From Stylophora pistillata (lineage: Eukaryota): a DNA stretch of 64,000 nt. Made by a program: the position numbers and the translations under genes. The first letter of the stretch is position 1. Each line of letters starts with the position of its first letter. Shown in pieces: positions 12,453-24,000 of the stretch. The notes beneath the pieces are model-generated. The model ran no database searches. It worked only from the letters and a program-made list of their open reading frames with translations, and was not told the DNA's origin. The DNA lies in NCBI RefSeq assembly GCF_002571385.2, contig NW_019217842.1, forward strand, positions 517,064 to 581,063, in the 5' to 3' direction.

Positions 12453-13332
12453 TCTTATTAACCAAGCGCGAGGGCCGTACTGGGAGANCACGTTTCACCC
12501 TCACAACCACTCAGTTAAATCCATCATTCTTAAAAACTTTAAATTACTTCAAAACGATCCAGAGACAAGCACTATCTTTTCGCAGCCTCCGCTCATTTCA
12601 TTCAAACGCGACAAAAACATAGGCAATTTTTTGGTCAGAAGTTCTTTTCAGACTAATGACCAACCAGGCACTTTTAAATGCGCTCGTGCACGATGCAAAA
12701 CGTGTCCTTTCATTCACAACACTGAGAAAATATCGGGACCCAAACGATCCATTAAGATCACCGATCACTTCACGTGCACCTCCGCCAATGTAATCTATTG
12801 CATAACTTGCACTTATTGCAAAAAGATTTACATCGGCGAAACAGGCAGAAGACTAGGTGACCGATTCCGAGAACACCTTCGCGACGTGGAGAGGAATGAC
12901 AAGGACACATCGAAACCAGTCGCTAGACATTTTAATTTACCTAACCATTCTAAGCAACACATGGCAATCTGCGGTCTTTCCTTACACTTAGGTAGCACGG
13001 AAAGCCGGAAAACTCTTGAACAAAAGCTCATCTTTCAAACCGGCAGTCTAAATCCCACAGGTATCAACGAACGCTTTTCATTCCACTAATTTATTCGTGT
13101 TTTTCTCGTTGCCATATTCCCACCAATCACGTAGCTCCTTTTTCTGCCTTTAAAAGCACACACAACCCACAATTCTCCTATTCGCTCCGACGAAGGGCTA
13201 ACGCTCGAAATGTCAGCCTTTATAATCGTAACGGTGGCCAATTTACCATTTCAACTTTGTTGATATATTCAAATTATTTCGTTACCCACACCGACGCAGC
13301 CCCAAACAGTTTCTTTAGAAACTATCAGCCTT
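11985..13332 (+). mobile_element. Penelope-like element: GIY-YIG endonuclease 3' part plus pseudo-LTRs with hammerhead motif
   Basis: ORF 12376-13089 has NVIYCITCTYCKKIYIGETGRRLGDRFREH...GINER. Terminal repeat cgacgaagggctaacgctcgaaa...gaaactatcagcc occurs at about 12098-12245 and 13184-13332, with a partial inverted copy at 11985-12100. Confidence 0.9.
13184..13217 (+). ncRNA. Minimal hammerhead ribozyme motif (Penelope pLTR)
   Basis: gct-CCGACGA-agggc taac gctc-GAAA-tGTC-agc: stem I gct/agc, stem II, core boxes and GUC cleavage triplet; the core reads CCGA rather than CUGA. Confidence 0.65.
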
Positions 13333-14461
13333 CGGACTAAAGTGTCCGTTTTCTCGACATCTTCAAAGGGCCAGTTGAATTCCTAAAATTTGATAGTTTG
13401 AATAAAAGCAGACGAAACACTAATTATGACAAGCCATATGTTCCATGACGCATCACTTCCAACAAAATAAAAATCTCGCGGATATTCAAATTTAACGTTT
13501 GAAGAAGAAAGCGCTGAGAGAGCGAAGTAGCTTGTGCTTGCTTAACGAAGGTCAAGGTTGATTCCAGTTGATATAATTACGAGGCAGTGTGTTTTTGAGC
13601 TTTCTGTGTTTGCAATAGACTAAAGCTTAGCATCCTGGGGTTGAAGTAAAATGGTTTACTCACAAGTTTTCTACTCTCTTCATCGAAGTAGGGAATACTA
13701 ATTTAACCTTAACTCATTCCATGAATTCGTTTCCGTTTCCAGTTTGAACATGAGTTTCTTCTGACTGCTGATTTCCTAGTTAGGGTTCGAAAAAAAAAAG
13801 ATATGATCATCTAGACAAGAATGATAGAATCAGGCTCGAGTGTTGCCTTTCTTTCATTCTGATAAGAATAAAGTTTAAACTTGAAACAACATTTGCATCT
13901 GCATTTGCAATGTCTCCAAAAGTGGCGATATCCCATCTTGTCTGAGATGTCGAAAAGTTCAAACAGTATGATATCTGCTGGCATCATATTTATGATAAAT
14001 TTTCAATGAAAAATCAGTTAAATGAATGTCGTTTAGGCGTAGAGGAGTCTTTCCAATGTTTTATATCAGAGTCCGTTCAGCAGGTTTTCTGTCGTCCACT
14101 GTAATCACTCGCGACTGAAAGTGTAAATTCACTATTCGACTTTTAAAAGAATCCCGTGCCTACTTACTTTTGGTACTTCTCCAAAATTACCAACTTACTA
14201 AATTGGTTACCTGCTTACCTTCCCACTCATTGTCGTATACAGTACAACCCGCAAACTTATTGTTCCCATGGGGAACAACCATAAATGTTTCAAGTTATCA
14301 GGGAGGTCGACTTCAGTTTCCATAATGACAGCTTCTTTGCCACTGAAGCTTTGGGATATTTTAAGGTTGTAGGCTTGGTATGTTGTTACTGTGTAATATC
14401 ACAGTTTAAGATTAAAGAGACTGTTAACTAAACTGAATGTTCTTTGCCGACTACTTTTCAG

Positions 14462-15500
14462 AAAAGCCGATTAAGCCGAAATTTTACCAAGAAAAGATTC
14501 TAGCACGGTTTTCTACAAACTGGTTCAAGACAGAGATCCCCATGGAAAAATACTCTGTGAAAAATATTAAAGACGTCCGAGCGAAAGGGTTTAGTAACTT
14601 AAGGCTTCGATGCAGGGCTGATTTGTACTCATACGACTACTCTGCTGTCAACTTCACATGGTTTCTTTGGCAACCTGACGACCGTCGTCGACCATTGTCT
14701 GAAACACGAGGTGATTCCAATCATCTCCTGGGTTCACCACAAGGCAGAGGCCTACGCTATGGAAGATGATTTTGAAACGTACGTGAATTGGTGGAAAGCG
14801 GTGGCACGGGAGTTAAAAGACAAAGACTACAGGCTAAGTTTTAATCTTTTTATAGAGCCAGGAATAAACACTTGTAAAGAAGACAACAAAAGATGTGACG
14901 AGAGCCTCCGTAGAAATACCGACAAATACAACCGATGGACCTTGAACGTGACACGTGAAATCCGCTGAAATACAGGTGGCAAGAATGCTAAGCGAATTCT
15001 TATTCTGGGGTCGCCAGGAAAAAGCGCCAAGGACTTACATAAAATAGATACAAAGATTTATAAAGATGATTCATACAGGATGGCAGAGTGGCACATTTAT
15101 GCTTCAGGGCCAAACAAAGTGCCTGGTTTGCAGAAGTACCGGAGCGGAAAAGATGATTCTAAAGGCAAAAATAATGTAAAAACGGCAATTGAATTTCACG
15201 AATTTCACGAACAATACTGATCTGTTGACCTATCTAGGTGCGTGGATGCCTATGGATCTTGCTAACGGAAACATAACGGAAAGAGAAGCCATAAGCTTTG
15301 CTCGTTTCTTTGTCAAGAGGCTGGGTAAACAGGAGACACAATGGAGTATGAACGTTCTGGATCGCTTCTATGACACTAAAAATAGTACATGGTTGACAGT
15401 TATCCAGGTTCTTCAAGGGCAGAAACTAAATATGACCAATATTTTGGAAAATATTCGTGCAGTAATGCCCAAAGCTCCAGCAAAGAAAAAGACAAATTAA
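14462..15500 (+). pseudogene. GH5-fold glycoside hydrolase-like, copy 2, disrupted
   Basis: Acceptor ttttcag at 14461; same motifs as copies 1 and 3 (FNLFIEP, EWHIY, YLGAW). Frameshift near 14667, TGA 14966-14968, second frameshift near 15190-15210. Signal exon not found. Confidence 0.85.
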
Positions 15501-17480
15501 AATCAAATACCGTCGGGACACATAATGTAACTGGGATAGTTAATACAACTTTAGAATCGAAGACTTATTATTACTAATAGGCAAGCTTAAACTGTTTCAA
15601 TCATTGTGTTTTTGGACTGATATTTCCATAATTTTAATCATGCAGATAAGCTAAAATGATTAGACTTATCTGATCCGGCACAGGAAAGTAAGGTATAATG
15701 TAATTTTTTAAAAAAGGTACTTTAAGAAACTCTCGGCGGCTTAAATATTTGCGATTGGACTGTGACTTGTTTGGGTTGCAAAACTTTGGTTTATTCTCTT
15801 GTGATTAGGATATTTTGTGATATTTTTGTTCTTTTTTGGAGAAAGTAAATGAACTAATTGATCTTAGAATTTTTACCAATTTTTGACCGGCTGATTGTTT
15901 TTAAGTTGTTTTCTTGCGATAAAACGAGAAATTGTAAGCCCATTTTTCCGCTGAGGTACCGCAATAAATGCTGCAAAAGTAGAACTGATGTAGTCCTTTT
16001 TCGCTCTGTCGGGATGAGAGAGAGTTGGGATATATTTATAAGTGCAAACCCTCTTTCATCATCATGTTATCTGCAGGCTTTAGGAAAGTTCCCAGTGAGG
16101 ATAGTAGAACGAGCTAAGGTGTTTGCCTTTTCTCAGGGTTTATTACAAATTACTTAAAGAGACGGTGAGAGGCGCCTTTCTCGATTTTGAATCAAATGCA
16201 TAAAATTAGTTTGTCTCTACAAAGATACACGCGGATCCTTCATAATCTGCCTTATGATTAAATTTTAGGAAAACCATTTTTCATGGAATGAAAAATAATC
16301 GTCTTGTTGGCCTTGATAGTGCGCCTATAGCTTCCATATACCTTTAAAGGCGCTCCCTTTCAGAAAACTTTCTTATTTTTCCTGATCTTGCTTTGCCTGG
16401 CTGTGACTGGTCTGGTGTTTAACTACTCGTCGCCATGGTGACAAGGAAATTCCAGCGAAGCCAATAGGATCAAGAACAAGTTCCTTTTTGTTTTGCCTGT
16501 TTTGTTATGTTTTTTTTTTTTTTTTTCTGTCTTGGTCTAAAAATAACTTTGATGTTCTGGTATAATATTTCGTCAACGTAACGCCTCACTAAGTTTATAA
16601 CTGACAAATATCTCAAATCTACAGACTCAATGGGTTGTTGTTTCGTAATAAAATTAAAGGTTTTGCTTATTCACGTAATGATGAGTCAGAATACCTCAAC
16701 CTCATGCACCTCCAACTAGTAGGCTATGAAGACATCCTGCATCAAAACATCAAGCTTTGTAAAAAAGCCCTTAAAAGTGTGAGAACCTTTAATCACGAGA
16801 AGATGGAATTTTTTTATTGTCAAAATGGACAAAAAAGGTTTGTCGCAAGTTCTCATCTCCATTTAGAGGGTCAGAAAGATAAAGGTGATGAATGCCTTTT
16901 TTTTTTCGGTTGATCTATTAAAATCAGTCGATTGATTTGTAAATTATTCCACAAACAGTCATATTTTCCCTAAAAGCAACAAATGACTTAGGAAAGAATT
17001 TAGAAATAATGTCTATTTTAAGCGCCCAGAAATCACCTCCACCACGCTTATTTACGCAGACAAAGATTGTGTCAGTACCTCTTTTAAAATGATTTATTAC
17101 GATTTTTCAGCAGTTTGCATCACTCCTTGACTGAAGTTTTCATATAGAACTGTAATATTCCCTGTACACGTTTAAAACTACTCTTACTTATTTCTTCTTT
17201 GTGACCCGAATAGCATGAAAACAGTTGTCTACAATCATTGGTTGACACGATTTAGGCTTACTTAATAACCTCGTATTATAGGTGAGGCATATAAGGCAAT
17301 CCTCGACTACACCCAAAGTTATGAAAACTCATGATCACTCAAGTATTCTGATGTAAAATTAACTTATAAACATCCTTATGGCATTACTTTAATAATATTG
17401 TTCAAAATCTTAGCCATCTTTAATGGCTGACCTTTGATTACTTGAATCTCTGTCCGCCATTTGCTCTCCTTGGTGTTGTA

Positions 17481-18758
17481 CTAGTTGTCCAGAACGTTCA
17501 GGGACCATGGTATGTTCTTCTTACGCAGCTCCTCAACAAAGAAACGGGAAAATTTGATGGCTTCTGTTTCTGTTATGTTTCCCTTTGTGTTGTCTTGAGG
17601 CATCCACGCGCCAAGGTAAGTCAGCAGGCCAGTCTTCTTCGAGAACGTCGTTGCATAGCTGATTGCTTCTTCGACATTTGCTTGGCCTCCAGATTTACCA
17701 TCTCCACTCCAGAACTTCTGGGAATCCTTCACTTTGTTGGGCCCTGAAGCATAAAGATGCCATTCAGCCATCATGTACGGATCATTTTTATAAATTTCAG
17801 GATCGATATCAGGTAAATCCTTGGCAGTTTTTCCTGGCGACGCCAGAATTAATATTCGCTTAGCGTTTTTGCCACCCGTACCTCGGATTGCTTTTGTTAC
17901 ATCTTTTGTCCACTGGTTATATTTGTCTGTTCTTACGCGAAGACTTTCGTCACAACTTTTCCCTTCCTCTTTACAAGTGTCTATTCCAAGTTCTGTAAAG
18001 AGATTAAAACTCAGTCTGTAGTCCCTGTCTTTTAGCTGCTGTGCCACTGCTGTCCACCAGGCAACATAGGCGTCATGGTCCTTCTTTGTAGCGTAGGCTT
18101 CTGCGCGATGGTGAATCCAGGAGATGATTGGAATCACATTGTGTTTCAGGGAATGGTCGACAACGGTCGTCAGAAAGCCAAGAAACCGTTTGAATTTGAC
18201 GGCGGAGTAGTCGTATGAGTAGAGATCTGCTCTACATCGAATTCGTAAGTTACTAAACCCTCTGTCGTGGACGTCTTTAATGTTCTGCTCAGAGTACTTA
18301 TTCATTGGTTTCTCTGTCTTAAACCAGTTTGTGGAAAAACCTGCTCGAATCTGACTTTGATACTTTTTAGGCGAAATTGGCCCATCTGCCAAAAAAATTT
18401 TCGTAAACATTAGAATTAAATAGAAATTGTAGTTTTCTTGTCTTTGTTTTTTCACTTGCGCATCAGTTTATTTTATTGCATGCTCGAGTATGCACACAAT
18501 ATCATTTCTTTTTAAAGAAACTGCTTCTATTTTCTCTTTCTAGCGGAAGTAAACCCTGATTCTCGCTTATACAAGTCAGATTGTGGACAATGCAAACGGA
18601 TTGAACCAAGTTTTTTTTTGTTTTGTTTCTCGATAAAACCACATTTAGTGTAGCCTGAATAACAGAAAGTGGCAAAATCGTTCAGACCCACCTTTTCCAC
18701 CAGCTGCAGACATCATAAACAGCACGGAATACGAAAGCAAAACAAGGAATCGGGACAT
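17481..18758 (-). CDS. GH5-fold secreted glycoside hydrolase-like, copy 3 (most intact; TAG 34 codons before the ancestral stop)
   Basis: Signal exon 18758-18692 (MSRFLVLLSYSVLFMMSAAGGK), phase-1 intron, exon 18385-17481 open through IPWSLNVLDN*. The homologous tail continues in frame to TAA at 17378-17376. Confidence 0.85.
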
Positions 18759-21086
18759 GTCTTTCTCTGTGAGTTCTTTCGATAAGTTACAAGAAAAGAA
18801 ACTATCTAAATAACAAGTAAAGGGAATTAGATTGATTAGTAATTGTCTAATTTCCACGGAGGGAGGAAAGTTTTATAAATCTTAGGCTTTCGTAAGTACT
18901 GAACCTTTTCGACGAAGATTCACTTTTTGAGAAACGATACGATATATTAGGAAAATAGTAAGGCTTGTTAAGGCACAAATATATTCTAGCTATACAAACG
19001 ATGTTTTTGAAAATGCTGATCCGAGCAGTATGCAAGACGTTTGTCACATATGAACCCACACTGGAGTAATGGATTGGCTCACCATAATGCTCTCTAACTC
19101 AGACCATCAGAACACGAAGCCCGAATGTTGAGCCAAAATCATCAACAACTTTCTTTGAAAATGCATAAGTTTAACTAGTACCATGCAAAAAGGCAACAAA
19201 CTATCAAGATGGCTTTTGAAAAACTCCTCGTTTAAAGGGAGCAATTACCTTACAGAAATGTGCAGTATCTTCTACATAGGCGTCCGTTTGACGGTAAGGG
19301 TAAAACACTGCTTTACTCATGGTACGACTTAATGGCCTACTTTATATTGATACCGGTGGACCAAAATTTAATTAAGATCTATTATGAATGAAGCGCAAGT
19401 AAACAGCGGTTTTGTCAACGCTTGAGAAAATTTTTGTGTATACTCAGTTGCTCGATAACAAATCCGGTAACAACCACATGCAAAACTTATATTGTCTCAT
19501 TCAAAATAAACTGAATTCTTGGGTATAAATACTTTACAATTACTACACTAGGGTTTTTTTTCCTATCACATTTCACACATGGCTCGCACACATGTCGCTT
19601 TATTCGTAACAGTGGTGATTCTGCATATCTGAAAGGTCAACACTTTTTGCTTACCCTTATGCTTATGGGCGTTTCCTGCAGTGGTAAAGGCCATCCGTTC
19701 TATCTATTCCATTCAGGCCAAATAAACGCTTTACCGTTATTTCCTGTGATCTATTCATATAGCCTAGCGAGGAGTTTGCACGACTCATAAAAAAAATATT
19801 AACATTGCATTGAAAAATTTTCCGATGAAGTTTAAAGCAGGTATTGTGCGGCTTGGGAAACTCTTGCGTTAGTTCAGTTGCACGGCAGAAAAGATAAACT
19901 ATGTATTGAGAGAGGATTAAGCATTTGTCAAAGGAGGGTCAACATGAGTATTGTAACACTTGGGAAATTTTTGCTCTGGCTCAGTTGCACAACAACCAAA
20001 AATTCAGTCATTAAAAGAAGGAATTATACATTTAGTTAAGTAACCATCAACGCAAGTATTCCAAGGCATGGGAAAACTGTTGCATTGTCTGAGTTGCAAA
20101 ACTTGTGATTTTAAGGTGGCTCGTACCGGTTTTGGTCTTTTTGATGGTTTGTAACTTTGAAAGAATACAACAGAAAGACTGACCAAGGCCAGTTGAACAA
20201 TTTTATGGGGTTGAAATTTATAATCATTGGTTATCCAAAAATAGGTGTCATTTCGTCACTTGCATGGCAACGCTTTCATAGGCTTATTCAGACGCATTTT
20301 TTAGCTTGTGGCTTAAATTATTCGAAAACTAACCCGGTGACCCCATGATTTTTTTCAGTGATTGCTTTTGACACTTGAAAAGGAAACTGCACAAAGATTT
20401 TTAAAAAATTCTACGGAGGGGAATTTCAGAAAATCTAGAAAAAATGCAATTTTCAGACATCACAAATTTCCTTCCGTAGAATTTTCTAGTTTTTTTCTGA
20501 TGATTCCTTTCGACGTTTTTATCATATTGGAACAATAAAAAGAAGGGGTCACCGGACTTGTTTGCATGCAATAGCTTTCGTGAGTTTAGCAATTTCCGCG
20601 CGCGTTCTCGCGCATTTAAAAATCTGGATTCTATAAGATCGACATTTGCTCNNNNNNNNNNNNNNNNGGGTGGGGTTAGGGAGGTGGTGGTAGCAGGAGA
20701 TTGGAGGATCACTTAATAACCCTTAGTTTGTCGACTGAGAAGAGTAACGTCGAGCAAGTCTGTCATCCGGCATCATCCTGTGTCTTGCATCATTTTTCTT
20801 TACTTCATTTCCCTGCTTTATCATTGTATGAGTAGGTATTTGTTTCATTTTTCGGGCTTCCTCTGAATCTTCAATGCTAAATGTCTGGCTAGACCAAGGA
20901 AAATCTTCATTCAGTCTAGCACTGGAGAACGCAATTTTCTCGAGAAAAGAAAAAAAAGCGAAAAACATAGAGACAAACAAATTTCTTCTCATAAAACAAA
21001 ATAAGAACAAAAACAAAATAAAAAAAGCCATCATATTTTGCAGTAGGTATTGAATGACTACATGGCCTGTGATACGCTATATTTTA

Positions 21087-24000
21087 TTAGTGTGGGGCTT
21101 GGTAAAAAAAATACAACGCTACGACAGTAATTATGAATGCAAAAAAAGCCATAAAGAACTTATCCATTATACTGGCAGCAACCTTCCATTCGTTTGTTCT
21201 TCCACTCGTCGACTTTCGCCTTCTATTCACAGAATTATGCGATGATCCAAAAAGTCGACCAAGACAATGCAGAATGATCATTCGAACCCACATGGGCATT
21301 TCACCATCGCAATGCCGGCCGTAGGAAAAGTTTAACACCAGACAAGTGGCAGCCAGCGAAAGTGAGATCAGAAACATTGTGACAATGTAGTATTTTCCCA
21401 AAAGGGGAGCGCTATTTGAAGTCGATGGAAGATTTTGGTACACGAGCTGCAGGAACACTATCATGGCCAACAGGACGGTTATTCCGAGTTGCATCCTCTC
21501 TCCAGACTCTGGCGGCAGGTAGAAGCCTACCAACACCATGGCTGTGATTATTATGGCAGGAACAATCAGGTAAAGAGTATAGAACAAGGGCTTTCGGCGA
21601 ACGTGGATAGTATATGTTATGTCCACGTACGGTTTCGGGCAGCAGTCGTAAAACTTTGATGTCCTGAAAATGAAATTAGACTTGATCTTAAAGTTGCTAT
21701 TAAGAGCGTGAAGTAAGCGGATTTAAGAACTTGTCTCTCAGCATCGTAAGCCCATATGCGCTTTGTTTTCGTTAGGATCTAATTGAAAACTGCTCGAACG
21801 TTTCATTATAGTGGCAAAATAGACATGTTACATTTTGGAACGTATTTAAGGAGACTCAAAAAATATGGTAAAAGAAAAAAATTAATGGTATAAAGGTTTA
21901 TGTTAAAGCATAAGATTTACCACTACCTTTTCTGCTCCAGTCCTAGCAGCTGCCACTCGCCATGTTCCGTGTAGATGTCGTCACTGGAGGCATTGGTGAG
22001 AATGCGCATGTCTAAACGTGATTCGTCGTGGGTCCAGCTTCCAAACTTCATCGGGCACTTTTGATCGTCGAAAGGAAAATACCTTAAACATAAGCAGAAA
22101 AAATATTTGAGAAGGGACTTGGATGCTTAATTGCTGGCTTTGAAGAACTTATATCATTTACTGAAACAGGATGCGAGTACCACTACATGCCCTGAATATA
22201 GTGCCAACAATCTCTTATGACACTCTAACTATTTTCCTGATCTCATCTGGGAGGATGTTCAACACAGTAAGTCTTTACACTAGAGTATCACCCAAAATGT
22301 TACAAATGAAACAAGCCTGTGAGAAAAATTTACCGCACGTCGAGGTGGCAGACTGTGATAAACATCGCGGGTGCAAGCCAAATTGTGCTTCCATTCCAAA
22401 ATATTATGACATCTGTTTTATACTTGTGAGTTCCACCAGAGAAAGTAAACTCTGCGCTGAATAAAGAGGAAAAAAAATGCAAATGACATTCACGGGTCTT
22501 CACTCACTTTTGCCAACAACAACAACAATAACAACAACAACAACTTTATTTGTACCCAACAAAAAATACTGATAAAAAAATGATAAATTTAAAAGAATAT
22601 TTAGTTCTTATTAACCGAGTGGGAGGTCTGTATGGGAGAATCTTGACCGAGGTGGCCAGTACAGCCCGAACGCAGTGAGGTCTGTACCAGCGACCGAGGC
22701 TGGTACAGTATCTTAGATGCCAATTTTTTAAATTCTTTGTACCTTTTTTTTCTAGACCGGTCTAGATGCCGGTCTAGATGGGAAAATCTAGACCGCTTTC
22801 AATATTGATTTCAGCCAATCAAATTCGTGAATTCGGTAGTTCCCGGTCCTTGTGAGACACAGCCATATAATAAAAAGGAGTACTAGCTGACCCAAATAAC
22901 CATATGGGCGAGAAAAAAAGGGCAGCTATACTTAGGTGATTTATCTAATGTAATTATGTGTCAGATGTAACACACACAACACACACAACACACACACACA
23001 CACTCATTCATCATACAAAACAAGGTCAAGGAAGCAAGGAATATCAGAGTAAAAAACAACAAAAGGCCGGAAAAATTATTAATATTTGTCGAGAAGAATT
23101 AGCTCAAGGTTCTTCTTAAAACGTTTCAGAGGAAGAAGCTTTATGTCTTCACTTATATCATTCCAGACTTTAGCACCCTGAAATCTTATGTTGAAGATTC
23201 CATAACTTGTTCTGGCATTTGGAATAGTATAAGTCATTTTGTTAGATAATCTGGTATCATAATTATGTAATATCCTAACAGATTTTGCCATTAGATCATC
23301 TGAATTCTATCCCATAGCTTTTTCATTTTGTAAGTCATAAACAGCCCTCCTTCAATCCCTAAAGAGCGTTAAATTAACCAGAACTACATAGTTTCGGATA
23401 ATTATGCAGCCATGATACCATTTGCAATTTGTATATTGTCGAGAAGGTTGGCTCGGCTAATAAGGAATCCAACCACTAATTTGGAAGTTTATACTGAGCG
23501 GAACCTTTTTTCTTTGTCCCAAGCTCTTGCTAGTGAAATGCATGGGTCTCAGCACCACATACAATACAAATGGCAGTTATCTCATGTTGTGGGGGCATAG
23601 CGTCTCAAACGCAATGTTTAAATTGATGAGAAGTGATAAAGGGAGAGAATTTTTTGCCACCCGAATGTAGATCAGAGCTCTCTAAATTTGATGCGAACGT
23701 AATAAGAATATTATGAGTTATCTGTTCTGGAATCTGCTGTAAGTTTATATCAGATTGCCTAAAAATAGCTTTAATGGAAACAAATTTTCTTCAACTCAAA
23801 ACAAGAAAAGGTGAGATATATCTGACTGATACGTTTGCTATGCTAACTGCAGTCTCTTCAGTTCCCCCGTTCGTTCAATTTGCGCCTGCGCATTCATACC
23901 ATAAACTCGGTTAGCAGCTCGTTTGTTGAGTTTCTGTTCTCACCACATCTTTAGGTCATCTGCGATTTATTACTGGCAAACACACACCAACGTGCAATCT

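Noticed and set aside
20723-21034. 103-aa hydrophobic ORF downstream of the nAChR stop
   Set aside because: The Phe/Leu richness comes from T-rich 3' UTR-like sequence; no motif.
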